The notes under the pieces are model-generated. The model saw only the letters and a program-made list of their open reading frames with translations. It searched no databases and was not told where the DNA came from. From the NCBI RefSeq assembly GCF_006345805.1, contig NC_043011.1, positions 10,912,001 to 10,976,000 of the forward strand: 64,000 bases of DNA, given 5' to 3'. Position 1 is the first letter of the stretch. Every line of letters starts with the position of its first letter. This document shows, piece by piece, positions 50,941-63,600 of this stretch. A program made the translations under genes and the position numbers. The stretch comes from Octopus sinensis. Lineage: Eukaryota.

Positions 50941-51223
50941 AGAAAGTTGCGGCGAAAGAGTCAGCAGATGTTTCGCCATTACCTTCTGCCGGAGCCGCGT
51001 GGAGCTTAGGTGTTTCACTCATAAACACATCGTCCAGTCTGAGATTCGAACCCGCGATCCCTCGACCGCTGCTCTAACCACTAAGCCATGTGCCTCCACT
51101 ATACATCATTCTTCCTGTGTATGTTACAATTTCTCCTTCCCAGTATTGCTTGCCATTTTTGTACATTCTTACATATAACTCATCACCAATTCTAAAGAAT
51201 TTTGGCATGTCTTTAGCAGCATG
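50941..51223 (-). repeat. Displaced copy of the SINE/gypsy junction at ~53217-53513
   Basis: SINE 5' half plus atacatcattcttcctgtgtatg...tctttagcagcatgt; ORFs 51090 and 53379 share their N-termini. Confidence 0.88.
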
Positions 51224-51689
51224 TTCCCTGACACCTGGCATGGCTTCTGCTCAAGAAGAAGCTGCATTACACAGCTTCTGCAGTATTATGATCCTCTTGA
51301 GAGGGTCGATCCACACTCCACTTGTTGGTACTTTTTACTCCAAACCAAGTTTTAAATTTTTATTTACCTAAAGAAAATGTTTTTTCCGTAATGTAAATCA
51401 TCAATAAGAGACATGCTTGAAGCAACTGTTGTGAACCTTAAACTCATTTGTGTTCTTTCTTTATGTAAACACCAATCCTGGAACCTTCCCTATGTTGGAA
51501 ACTGCATGTCAGTGTGCATGAGTATATGATTCAAGTGCATGTATATCTATATGTATGTGTATAGTGATGCGTTATATGTATTTGAAATATAAGTATTTGT
51601 ATTTATATGTTGTATGTATTTGTATTTATATGTTATATGTATTTGAAAGTGTATGAGTATGTCCATATAAGCATGTTTTTATATTGTAT

Positions 51690-52745
51690 ATTGCCAAAGG
51701 TCTCAGTCACCCGTCACTGCCTCCATTAGGGTCGGTGCTCAAGTGGTTCTTTTTATGTGTCACTGGCACGGGTGCCAGTCAGATGGCACTGGCATCAGTT
51801 ATGACTATGATTTCACTTGGCTCAACAGGTTTTCGCAAGCATAGTATATTGCCCAATGTCTGAGGGGTGCTTTTAACATGCCGGTTACGCAACTGGTATA
51901 ACAAGTCTTTTCAAGCACAGAATATTGCCAATGGTCTCGGTTGCTTGTCATTGCCTCCTTAAGGCCCAACATTTGAAGACCATGCTTTACTACCTTGTCT
52001 CATGTCTTCCTGGGTCTACCTCTTCCACAGTTTCCCACCACCATTAGAGTGCAACACTTCTTCACACAGCTGTCCTTGTCCATACGCATCACATGACTAT
52101 ACCAGCACAGTCGTCTCTTGTACACCACATCTGATGCCTCTTATGCCCAACTTTTCTCTGCACATTGACATCACACATCCAGTGAAGCATACTAGCTTCA
52201 TTTCTTACAAGCCTACTCTTGTCCTCAGCAGTCACAGCCTATGTTCCACTACTGTATAGCATGGCTGTTTGCACACAGGCATCATGCAGTCTGCCTTTCA
52301 CTCTGAGCAAGTGGCCCTTCATTACCAGCAGTGGTAAGAGCTCTCTGCCCAGCCTGTTCTTATTCTAGCAGCCATGCCCTCAGAGCATCCACTCTGGCTA
52401 CTGACTTGGTCACCTAGGTAACAGAAGCTATCGACTATTTCTAGTTTTCCCCCCTGACATGTGATGGAATCTATTTTCTGTATATTTTTAGTGTTAATTG
52501 TACCCGTGCACCTTCCACACAAAAACTTTTCCCTGTTAATCTTCCTCTGATATTGTTGCACCTCTTATGTGTCCATGGCTCACACCAGGTAGGTCTTATG
52601 GACATTCTCCTCATGCCTTTTCTACAGATCAAGCAGGGCTATCTACCTGAAGGGATTTGTGATTTGTCTGCTTTCATTACTTACTAAGACTTTGGTTTTT
52701 GCTAGGTTAACTCTAATGCCCTTTGATTCTAGACCTTGTTTCCAC
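51690..52745 (-). mobile_element. Decayed RTE LINE fragment
   Basis: GKLEIVDSFCYLGDQVSS..ARIRTGW; same family as 59022-60200. Confidence 0.8.
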
Positions 52746-53076
52746 ACCTGAAATTTCTCTAGTTCTGGTAGTGATATTGTTGTAACGTGAGTTCCTCCTA
52801 CTGGTGTAATGTGTAACTGCTGTTGTATTGTAGTTGCTGTTTTATGCTAGTGGCCACAATAGTTACTAGTCATCAGATACCATTGTATCTCTTCATACCA
52901 AAACAGTAATACACTAATTTCTGTCTTACTATCACTGATAGCTCCGAAAGATACCAACTAGAACTGTCAGTTCTTTACTCTTTAACTCTTGACCTTGTTG
53001 GTTCCTCTTTCCTTAAGCTGATTTCTATGACTCCTTTCCATTCTATTTCTGCTTCTTACTCCATACATCATTCTTC

Positions 53077-53389
53077 TGCTACTATCTACTGTTCCTTCTC
53101 GAGCCATGTCTGGCTCATAAGGGTTGGTTTCCCAGTTTCTTGTCATATAGGTTCCCCACCTGGACGGGACGCCGGTCCATCGCAAGTGAGCTGCAAGATG
53201 CAGGAGGAAAGAGTGAGAGAAAGTTGTGGCGAAAGAGTCAGCAGATGTTTCGCCATTACCTTCTGCCGGAGCTGAGTGGAACTTAGGTGTTTCGCTCATA
53301 AACACACACATCGTCCGGTCTGAGATTCGAACCCGCGATCCCTCGACCACGAGTCCGCTGCTCTAACCACTAAGCCATGTGCCTCCACT
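53077..53389 (-). mobile_element. tRNA-derived SINE with V-domain-like core and 14-bp TSD
   Basis: Box A tggcttagtgg, box B ggttcgaatctc, gatggaccggcgtcccgtccagg; TSD atacatcattcttc at 53063-53076 and 53390-53403. Confidence 0.85.
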
Positions 53390-54356
53390 ATACATCATTC
53401 TTCCTGTGTATGTTACAATTTCTCCTTCCCAGTATTGCTTCTCATTTTTGTACGTTCTTACATATAACTTATCACCAATTCTAAAGAATTTTGGCATGTC
53501 TTTAGCAGCATGTATATTTTTCTTCACTGGTAGCAGTTTCTTGAATACTGACTTTACCTTTTTAGCAAGCATTCTGATGGTGAACTACCTTCTGGCGCAT
53601 TTGAGTTCGGAGTCACCCTGTATACCCCTAAGAATTGTTGGATCATGACCTTGTCTGTGGCTTCCTCATAAGCTATTTTAAAAGCTCTCTTTAAAGTGTC
53701 CACACACCGTTCAGCTCTCCCATTCAATCTAGGGTGATCTGGTGCTATAGTTTTATGTTCTAATGTGAACATCTCACAGAATCTTTTAAACTCACAGGAT
53801 ACAAACTGTGTTCCATTTTCAGAGACGGTTATATCAAGTACACCAAATCTTACGAACATTTTATGTAAGAAGTTTATTACTGTATATAAGGTTGGTTGTT
53901 TACACTAAGCGACTTCAGGCCATTTTGTGTAGCTGTCCACAACTATTAAGTAATAATATCCATTTACCAGGCCTGAAAAATTGATATACAATCAGAACCA
54001 TGGTATTTTCACCTCCAGCCAAAGTTCACATTTTGTAGTAAGTAGTTTTGCACTGCCAGCACACATCCTCTGCAGCCTTTTACCAGGTTTTCAACCTCCT
54101 TGTCCATGCTTGGCCAGTATATGAAACGTTGCATCAGCATTTTCATTCTAGAGATGCCTGGGTGTTCCTCATGGAACTCTTTTAGCATTCTCTTCTGTAA
54201 TGTCTGTAGTATGACCACCCTCTGAGCGTACATTAGTATAGCTTCACATATAGAGTACACGCTAACATCTTGGCAGTTCTTTGCATCAGACTTTTCTCTA
54301 TTTCCTTTTGTCGACCAGTTTTCTTTTTGTCTCATTAATAAATTTGTCATTTCTCA

Positions 54357-54770
54357 CATCATCATCATCATTTAATGTTTGCTTTCCATGCTAGCATGGG
54401 TTGGACGGTTCAACTGGGGTCTGGGAAGCCAGAAGGCTGCACCAGGCCCAGTCTGATCTGGCAGTGTTTCTACAGCTGGATGCTCTTCCTAATGCCAACC
54501 ACTCTGTGAGTGTAGTGGGTGCTCTCCGCATATCACCGGCACAGGTGCCAGACCAGGCTGGCAATGGCCACGATCGGATGGTGCTCTCCACGTGCCACCG
54601 GCACGGAGGCCAGATGGAGCTGGCAACAGCCACGATCGGATGGTGCTTTTTACATGCCACCAGCACGGAGGCCAGTCGGGGTGGCGCAGACAACGGCCAC
54701 ATTTGTATGGTTCTCTTACATGCCACCAGCACTGGTATCACAACTACAATTTCCATTGATGTTGATCGAT
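54357..54770 (-). mobile_element. RTE 3' UTR insertion in gypsy pol
   Basis: (CAT)n start, same UTR family. Confidence 0.8.
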
Positions 54771-56391
54771 TCCAAAGTTACTGGTAGTTCAGGCATGATG
54801 TTCCACATCACTTTTTTTTTACTTCTGCTTCCACTCTTAGCGCTGCTATTATGGTGTCCTCCAGTAGTTTGTTATTTCTCGGAATTAACCTAGACAGACT
54901 ATCTGCATGCTCCAACTTTTTTGAAGGCAGATATTCCTCCATTCTATAATCATAGTTTAATAGCATATCACCCCACCACTGCAGTCTGTTTGCCATATGT
55001 GTTGGGATTCCTTTCTTGGATCTGTATTTCATTATTAGAGGTCTATGATCATTGCAACCAAAAACGTCTGCTGTCAATGAACCTGTGGAACTTTTTCCTG
55101 CCAAATATGATAGCCAACGCCTCCTTTTCAATCTGGCTATAGCTCTTTTCCATAGCTCACACATCAATGTCTTTGATGTGTGAGCTATGGCCTTTCTCCT
55201 GCCATTGTTATCCTTGTGTAGGAGCATAGCTCCTATCCCATACTCACTACCATCTGTAGCTAGTATTATCCCTAACTTTGGGTTGAAATGTGTAAAATAC
55301 AAGAATGAGGATTACACATCTTTTAACTCGTTAAATGCTTTCTGGTATTCCTCTGTCCAAAGCCATTTGACACTTTTATGAGTAATACATTAATTAATGC
55401 CTTTACCTTATGTATATTTGAGACATAGACTTGGAAATAATTTACCAAGCCTAGGAATGCTTGTAGCATTGTCATGTTTGTCAGGGGTAGCATATTTCAT
55501 ATTGTCGTCGCCCTTGATGGGTCCAGTCCACACCCACTTTCGTTAATTACTTAGGTATTTTAATTTTTCCATAAAAAATTTGCATTTTTGTTGTCAGTTC
55601 TAGCTTGTATTTACTTATTCTTTTGAATACTTTCTCTGTGTTCGACGTGTTGCATTTGAGATTCACTCTTTGTCAAAGTGTCATCAAGGTATGCGATGGC
55701 AAAGCCACAATCACTTAACATCACATCCATTATTTGTTGGAATATGGTGGGTGCCACTTTTATTCCAAACAGCAGTTGTTTGAACTTGTACAATCCATAG
55801 TGCATGTTGACTGTTAGTAGTTGTGTGCAAATTTCCTCTAACTGAATTTGAAGATACGCCTCTGAGAGGTCTAACTTTGAGAAAATTTTCTCTCCGTTTA
55901 GTTTGTAGCAAATACTTTGTCCAAAGTTATTCCTCTATCTCAAAGTTAGACCCCTGAGAGGTCTAACTTTGAGAAAATTTTCCCTCCGTTTAGTTTGTAG
56001 CAAATACTTTTTCTGGGTTTGGTAGTGGGTAATTGTGTGTGAATAAGCAGTTGTTTAACACGGTTGAGAAGTCTGTGGACACTCTTAGTTTCTTTTTTTT
56101 TTTACATAGACCGCCGGTACTGCCCAGTCTGCATGGTCAATCTTTGCAATTATATTCAGGCTTTCCGACCTTTCTAGTTCTTTATTGGCCTGGTCTACCA
56201 CCACAAATGGCACGTTCATTTTGGGCCTGAAAATAGGTATTGAATTTTCTTTGACAGCAATCCTTGATTTTGTTTTTGTGCAACAGCCTAAACCTTCTGA
56301 AAAAACTTTTGGGTAAGTTTCTTTCATTTTTTGTCTTAGTTCATCAACCTCGTTTGATCATTTGGCTGCTCTGTTTACGTTACTGCACAAA

Positions 56392-57042
56392 GACTGAATA
56401 TATAAACAAGTGCCTGTCCAACAGTGATTTCATCATCCATACTCTCAACAATGCGCCCTTAAATATGGTTTCTGACTACAAATATCTTGGGTCATACATA
56501 TCATCATCTGGAAAAGATTTTCTAACTAGAAAGGGTATGGCCTGGTCAGCCTGTAATGACATGCATAAGATCTGGTCATCAAATCTAAGTAGAGACTTCA
56601 AACTTGAAATCTTCAAAGCCACAGTCGAACCAATTCTACTATATGGCTCAGAAACCTGGACATTATCAAAGAAGCTTGAGAGGTGGTTGGATGGAACCTA
56701 CACTCGCCTCCTTATGAGAGCTCAAAATCTCTCGTGGAAGCGTCATCCAACCAAATTGCAAATATATGGGAAACTACCACCTGTGTCATCTCTTGTGAAA
56801 GGTAGGAGAGTCCAGTTTGCTGGACATTGTTGTAGAGCTGAAAACGAGGTAATTTCTACTCTTCTCCTCTGGAAGCCATCTACTCGCAATACCAGAGGGC
56901 GCACACTCTCCTACCCTGATGTAATCTCCAGGGATACAGGCATCCAGCAACAGGACCTCCGTAATGCTATGATGGACCGTGAAGTCTGGCATAGCATGGT
57001 AAATTCCATTGTCTCGACCACGGTCGAACAATGATGATGATG
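56392..57042 (+). mobile_element. 5'-truncated RTE/RTE-X LINE with open C-terminal ORF and 10-bp TSD
   Basis: DYKYLGSYI...ILLYGSETW...FAGHC...MDREVW; (ATG)n tail; TSD actgcacaaa at 56382-56391 and 57043-57052. Confidence 0.92.
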
Positions 57043-57768
57043 ACTGCACAAAATGCTTATAGGTGTATCCCATAAATTACATTTTTCCATACATTCGGTG
57101 CCAAATAAATTCATGGATTTTTCCAGCACATAAACATTCACTTTTTTGGTTTGACCTTTGAACATTATATCACAAACGCATTCACCCGTGAAATATAATA
57201 TTCTTCCCATAACACCATATGCTATTTTGTTTGGACTACATAATTCTGGTTTACCCATTCGTTCCCATCTTTTCTCATTTATGATTGTGATGTCACTTCC
57301 TGTGTCTAATTGCATTCTGACACTAATGGTTTCAATTCTCACAATCACGAATTTCTATTTGTTATTGTCACAACTTTTCCTGCTGATAAAACTATTTTTT
57401 TCTTGTTCCATTTTCCTATCATTCTAGTTTTGCTGTGTGATTTTATATGTCCTGTAAACCCGCAGTGAAAACACTTTGCTTTTTTTGTATACGGACAATC
57501 TTTTTTCATTCCACAACATACCATGCAGGGGTCTACATCCCAACATTTTTTCCGTTTTTTCCTGCAACACTTTGTCTTCCAACCTTTTTGGCACTGGTCT
57601 TATGTGAAAACACTCTTTCTGTTGAATTTTTTCTGTGTCCTGCCTTAATTTTAAAATCATGTCACACTCTTCCGACAGTTTCTGCAATGTCAAATCCTGG
57701 TTCATTTCCAGTTTTGCTAGAATTTTCATTTGGATTTCTGCATCCCTTTTATCTGTCAATCCTTGTGC

Positions 57769-58002
57769 GAGCTGGCAGAAACGTTAGCACGTCAGGCGAA
57801 ATGCTTAGCGGTATTTCGTCTGCCGTTACGTTCTGAGTTCGAATTCCGCCGAGGTCGACTTTGCCTTTCATCCTTTCAGGGTCGATAAATTAAGTACCAG
57901 TTATGCACTGGAGTCGATGTAATCGACTTAATCCGTTTGCCTGTCCTTGTTTGTCCCTTCTGTGTTTAGCCCCTTGTGGGTAGTAAAAAAAAAATTTTTT
58001 TA
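57769..58002 (+). mobile_element. Nin-domain-type tRNA-derived SINE with ~11-bp TSD
   Basis: gttcgaattccgccgaggtcgactttgcctttcatcctttcagggtcgataaattaagtacc; TSD aatccttgtgc at 57758-57768 and 58003-58013. Confidence 0.85.
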
Positions 58003-58353
58003 AATCCTTGTGCAAAAATCAAACACTTGAAAGAATCTGGAGTAAGCAAATCCACCCTAAATCTCTTACATTCTTTGTTGACTCTGCCTGTGTAAGAAGT
58101 GAAATCTTCATCTTTGCTCTTTTCTATGTTTAAACATTTCCATCTAGTATTAAACGGTGAGTTCTTTTCACTTATCATTTTGCACAAAATGTCAACTGTC
58201 GGTGAAATTTATGTTGGATGATTTATTTTGGCATTATGAAGTTACTGTACTTCTTGTACTCTGTTCTCACTAGATTTATTAAAACTAGATGTGTTTTCAT
58301 TTCGTCTGTCCAATCCTGACATTCTTTTTCAAAAATTTGTTCAAATCTTCGCA

Positions 58354-58745
58354 AGGCGTAGGAGTGGCTGTGTGGTAAGTAGCTTGTTTACCAACCACAT
58401 AGTTCTGGGTTCAGTCGCACTGCGTGGCACCTTGGGCAAGTGTCTTCTACTATGGCCTTGGGCCGACCAAAGCCTTGTGAGTGGATTTGATAGACGGAAA
58501 TTGAAAGAAGCCCGTCATATATATGTATATGTATGTGCGTGTATGTGTGTGTGTGTCTGTGTTTGTCCTCCCAAAATCGCTTGACAATCAATGCTGGTGT
58601 GTTTACGTCCCCGTGACTTATTGGTTCGGCAAAAGAGACCGATAGAATAAGTACTAGGCTTACAAAGAATAAGTCCTGGGATCGATTTGCTCGACTAAAG
58701 GTGGTGCTCCAGCATGGCCACAGTCAAATGATTAAAAAAAAAAAA
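58354..58745 (+). mobile_element. Full-length octopus-type SINE inserted in gypsy gag
   Basis: Same family as 39594-39993. Confidence 0.9.
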
Positions 58746-59021
58746 GTAAGCCTCGCTTATAGAATTTGCTACATGGTCAGGTGAAAATGTATTCTCTGGT
58801 TTGGTTATCAACTTCATTTGTTGTAACATTTGCTGCTGCAATCCTTGTTGTTATTCTCCTTGTTGTTCCTTGAGTCGTTGATATTTCTGCTTTTGAGACT
58901 CAACTACCCCAACTAACAAGACTTCCATATTACAATTTTCATAAGTTTGCACAAAACTTTTGTTTCTTTTTTGTCAAGTTATTAACCTCTGAAAATCTGC
59001 AGAAAACAACTTCCGTCACTT

Positions 59022-60200
59022 TCCAGGGGGAAAAACTAGAAGTAGTTGATAGCTTCCGTTATCTTGGTGACCAAGTCAGTAGTGGGGGTGGGTGTGCTGA
59101 AAGTGTAACGGCTAGAGTAAGAATAGCTTGGGCAAAGTTTAGGGAGCTCTTACCTCTGCTGGTGACTAAAGGCCTCTTGCTCAGAGTAAAAGGCAGACTG
59201 TATGATGCATGTGTACGAACAGCCATGCTACATGGCAGTAAAACATGGGCCGTGACTGCTGAGGACATGCGTAAGCTTGCGAGAAATGAAGCCAGTATGC
59301 TCCGATGGATGTGTAATGTCAGTGTGCATGCTCGACAGAGCGTTAGTACCCTGAGAGAAATGTTGGACCTAAGGAGCATCAGTTGTGGTGTGCAAGAGAG
59401 ACGATTGCGCTGGTATGGTCATGTGGCGAGAATGGATGAAGATAGGTGTGTGAAAAAGTGCCAATCCCTAGCAGTGGAGGGAACCCGTGGAAGAGGTAGA
59501 CCCAGGAAAACTTGGGACGAGGTGGTGAAGCACGACCTTCAAACTTTAGGTCTCACTGAGGAAATGACCAGCGACCGAGACCTTTGGAAATATGCTGTGC
59601 GTGAAAAGACCAGGCAGGACAAGTGAGTCCAACCCACTTATGCATGCCTTTCCTCCCTTGGACACACAAAGACCTGTTGAGGCAAGCGAAGTTGATATCG
59701 AACCTCATCCAACAGGTCTTTGCTTGCAAAGACCTGTTGGGGCAAGTAAAATCGGAATCGAAATTGAACCAATCCTATGACTGGCACCCGGCAGATGCCA
59801 GGACCCCTGGACTGGAGATACGTAAAAAGCACTATCCGAATCGTGGCCGATGCCAGTGCCGCCTCATCGACTGGCTTCCGTGTTGGTGGCACGTAAAAGC
59901 ACCATCCGAATCGTGGCCGAAGCCAGTGCCGGCCTCGACTGCTTTCCGTGCAGGTGGCACATAAAATGCACCATCCGACCGTGGCTGATGCCAGCCTCGC
60001 CTGGCACCAGTGCAGTGGCACGTAAAAGCACCCACTACACTCACGGAGTGTTTGGCGTTAGGAAGGGCATCCAACTGTAGAAACATTGCCAGATAAGACC
60101 GGAGCCTGGTGCAGCCTTCTGGCTTCCCAGATCCCCGGTCGAACCGTCCAACCCATGCTAGCATGGTGAACGGACGTTAAATGATGATGATGATGATGAT
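59022..60200 (+). mobile_element. 5'-truncated RTE LINE with long repeat-containing 3' UTR and (GAT)n tail
   Basis: ORF to 59626: AMLHGSKTW, MLRWMC, RRLRWYGHVARM, RGRGRPRKTW, DRDLW. Confidence 0.93.
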
Positions 60201-60576
60201 TTAATTTTCTACATGAATTAGTTTAAACTATCCATGTGAACGTTTTCTTTATCATTCCACATAAATTTGTTTGGATCTTTTCGGTTTGAACGGCAGTTTT
60301 TAACATAATTTCTAGGTAACTAAAAAATTTGAAACTTCGTATACTGGTAGAATGCGTTTATGGAACATCTTTTTCTCTTGGCTTTATTGAGAAAATTCTA
60401 TACTTTGTAAGATATTTGTTGTTTTTTTCTTCTTCAATTTCTGCAATTTCAACCAATCACTGACATCTATTGAGGTAAAAAAACATTCTGTGTCGTATGA
60501 ATATGTCCCTCGTTTAAGAAAAGATTGGGTTTATTTACATTTGTGGAGGAAAAGATACCCTTCCCCCCACCCCTAA

Positions 60577-60676
60577 NNNNNNNNNNNNNNNNNNNNNNNN
60601 NNNNNNNNNNNNNNNNNNNNNNNNNNNNNNNNNNNNNNNNNNNNNNNNNNNNNNNNNNNNNNNNNNNNNNNNNNNN
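60577..60676. other. Assembly gap (100 N)
   Basis: Run of N. Confidence 1.
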
Positions 60677-60699
60677 ACTAAGCTAAGCGCATTAGATTC

Positions 60700-63600
60700 C
60701 TTGGAAGAAAGCTTCAAATGTATACAACGGAAAGAAAAACGGACATGTTACACGAATATGAAGACAAAAATAAGACGTAAAAACAATAATAATAATAATC
60801 ATTCTTTTTTATTGGCCACAAGGGCTGACACGCATGATTACATAAAGGGACAAAACAGGACGAAAGGTTACAAAGGGTTTTGTCCGTTTTTGAAAAACAT
60901 CGAGTAAAAACTTTATAACAATTTAAAAATTCAACAATGAAAAACTCCCAAAAGGGGGAGACGTTTCGAAAGGTTCCTGGTGGAAAAACCCTACAAAAGC
61001 CAACGGGAGCCTGGTCAAAAAAGGGTGTAGAGTGTCCCCTTTTTTTCTCCTTTTGTATTACCTTTTTGAAATCACAGGCGAACCTGAGAACTGGTCCATT
61101 TATACTGGCCAGTCTCGCACAATTCACCCACCTTTCATAAAACTTGCTATCGGACAGCACTTCCCTCTCTAACCTCATCTTCCTTTTCAAGTGAAACTTG
61201 AAAAAGTTGATGAGGCCTTGACCAAAGAGGAAAGTGTCTGTCTTTGCCCTTTCAAACGAGTCCACCACACGACCTCTTTCGCCACAGCCACTAGGCACAA
61301 GAAAACGGCCTCGCCCTCCTTGTTAAAGGAGGTCGGCGGGGCAATCTTCACTATGGATTCGGCGAGTCGGATCCGTCCTACACGTGACAGTAGCTGTTCG
61401 ACATAAACCCATATTTCAGCAATACTCGGGCACTGGACGAGTGCGTGCAGACGGTTTCGTCGTCCTGGCAACACCTCGGGCAGGCCCCGCTGACGGCACC
61501 CGTGCCGGTAGAGTTTATATCTCGAACAGGCAGAGCCCTCGGTAGCACTGCCAGGCGAGAGACCTCTGGAAATTATCCATCGGCCCCGCCCGAAAGCCCC
61601 CGAACAGACCGCACAGTTCGTCATCTTCAACGCCTAGAGTTTCCCCAAGAACGTCGTCGCATTTTTCCTCCACTAACCCTCTATAGAACGCTAGAGTGGA
61701 GCTGTAACCGATCGCATTGCCCCCTGGCGGAGCGGAGAGGGCTTGGCGGCACTCGAGGTGCCAAGCGCCCTTTCTCGGTCTACGTTTGATCCAGGTCTGC
61801 AGCTCCGTCAAAGAGACGAGCTGCGGAAAATCGCGTCTGACAAAAGACGACCACACCTGTTCACCGTCTAGGAAGCGCTTGAGATGCCGCAGCCTGAGCG
61901 CATGTCTGCGCAACAGCAACCACGGCATTCCAAGGCCTCCGTTCAGCGGTCGTTGACAGCAGATGGATCGCCTGACCAGTGGCACCTGACCCTTCCACAA
62001 AAAGTCGAAGAGCAGGCGTACCAGCTTGGCCAACCAGCGTTGGGACAAGGGACGACGGTCAAGCGGTAATAGATGACGGATGCGATGTACGCATTCGCCA
62101 CCTCCGCTCGACCTTTCAGGGACAGCTTCCTCTCGGCCCTTTCTGGGTGAGACGTGCCACCCTGCTCGTCACCTCTTCCCAGTTCTTATCCACCTGGAGG
62201 TCCGGACCGAACCAGACCCCGAGCAGTTTAACGGGTCCGTCTGTCCAGCGCCCTACGACGCTGTTGGACGGCATGGGCTTGCCTCTCCAGGTGCCCAGTT
62301 GCAAGCCCACAGACTTTTCCGCGTTAATCTTTGCCCCTGTCACCGCTTCGTACTGGTTTAGCGTCTCGCCAATCAGGCCAATGTGCCTGTGGCTCGACAC
62401 CACCACGGTGATGTCGTCGGCATAAGCAGACACGCTGTTTCCGCCTCCTAGATCGCGCGGGATACCCCTCAAAGCCTCCAACTTGCGCAGTAATGGCTCG
62501 AGAGTCAAAATGTACAAGAGGGAGGAGAGAGGGCATCCTTGGCGGACCAAACGCGAGATGTCGAACGGTTCCGAAAGGTGACCGTTCACCCGTATCACCG
62601 AGCAGATGTTGCTGTATAAAGCAGCTATCCACCCGCAGAAGACTGGACCGAAGCTGGCTGCCTTGAGGACAGCTGCCAGGTACCGATGGTCGACCCTATC
62701 GAAGGCTTTACTCTGATCCAAGTTGATCAAAGCCCCACCCGCGCCAGCGTCGTTACCCACCCTCTCTATGATGTAGCGCATGAGATGGAGGTTGTCGTCT
62801 ATCGACCTGGTCGGCACGGCGCATGTCTGCGTCTTGCCGACCAGCTTGTCCATGACAAGCGCCAATCTCTTGGCTAGCACCTTGGCCAAAATCTTCAACT
62901 CTGCATTGAGCAGAGTGATGGGCCGGAAATTCCCTATAACGTCCCCCTTGTTTGGGTCCTTCTTTAGCAAAGCCACCACCCCTCGACAGACAAAAGCAGG
63001 AATTCTCCCGTTTTGCTGCCAGTTGCAGTAGACGTTTGCCAACAGGTCCGCAAACAAGTCTGGCATTGAAAAGTAAAGCTCATAGGGTAGACCATCCAAA
63101 CCCGGCGATCTACCTCTCGTGCAACTCTTCATCGCTTCCTGTACTTCCCAGGCAGATATCGGTCCTTCGCAGCACTCTGCCTCGCTGTCCGAGAGTTGCG
63201 GTAGGCCATCCAGGTACACACCGAAGTCTGCACCGTTGTCCGTTCCACCGCTCGTCCCAAACAGTTGAGCAAAGTGCCGCTGAAGCACCGTACACATCTG
63301 CTTCGGTTCGGTAACTTCGCGCCTGTTCTGGTCCACCAAAGACCGAATGGTTGCTCTTTTGCCTCGCTTCGCCTCCGCCATGCGGGCCCATCGAGCGGCT
63401 CTAGTCCCCTCCCCGCTTAGCGAACGTGCCTTAGCTCTGACAATGCAACCTTTGTGTTTGGCGTCGAAGTGTTGGTCGAGGGCCAACCTTGCCGCCAACA
63501 CGTCGGTCGCGATGCCAGTGTCAAGAGCCTCGTCTAGTTTCTTAACTAAATCCCGCTCTCCTTTCCTACGTTCATAGCTAGAGTCTTACTATATACCTAA

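Larger units (their letters stand above)
52982..58930 (-). mobile_element. Decayed Ty3/gypsy LTR retrotransposon internal region (gag-PR-RT-RNaseH-IN; Mag/K02A2.6-like)
   Basis: Q-rich gag start; LDTGSDITII protease; GIKVAPTIFQ..YLDD RT; LATDGSEYGIGA RNase H; HEEHPGISRMK..YWP..CRGC, SENGTQF and HPRLNGRAER integrase; LTRs not identified. Confidence 0.92.

Noticed and set aside
52775-52981. 3' LTR of the gypsy element
   Set aside because: TG start is present, but no second copy, PPT or CA end could be established
53315-53389. tRNA gene on the - strand
   Set aside because: SINE head within a TSD-flanked element
60565-60576. Telomeric repeat (ccctaa) before the gap
   Set aside because: Single unit only; more likely part of a repeat end truncated by the gap
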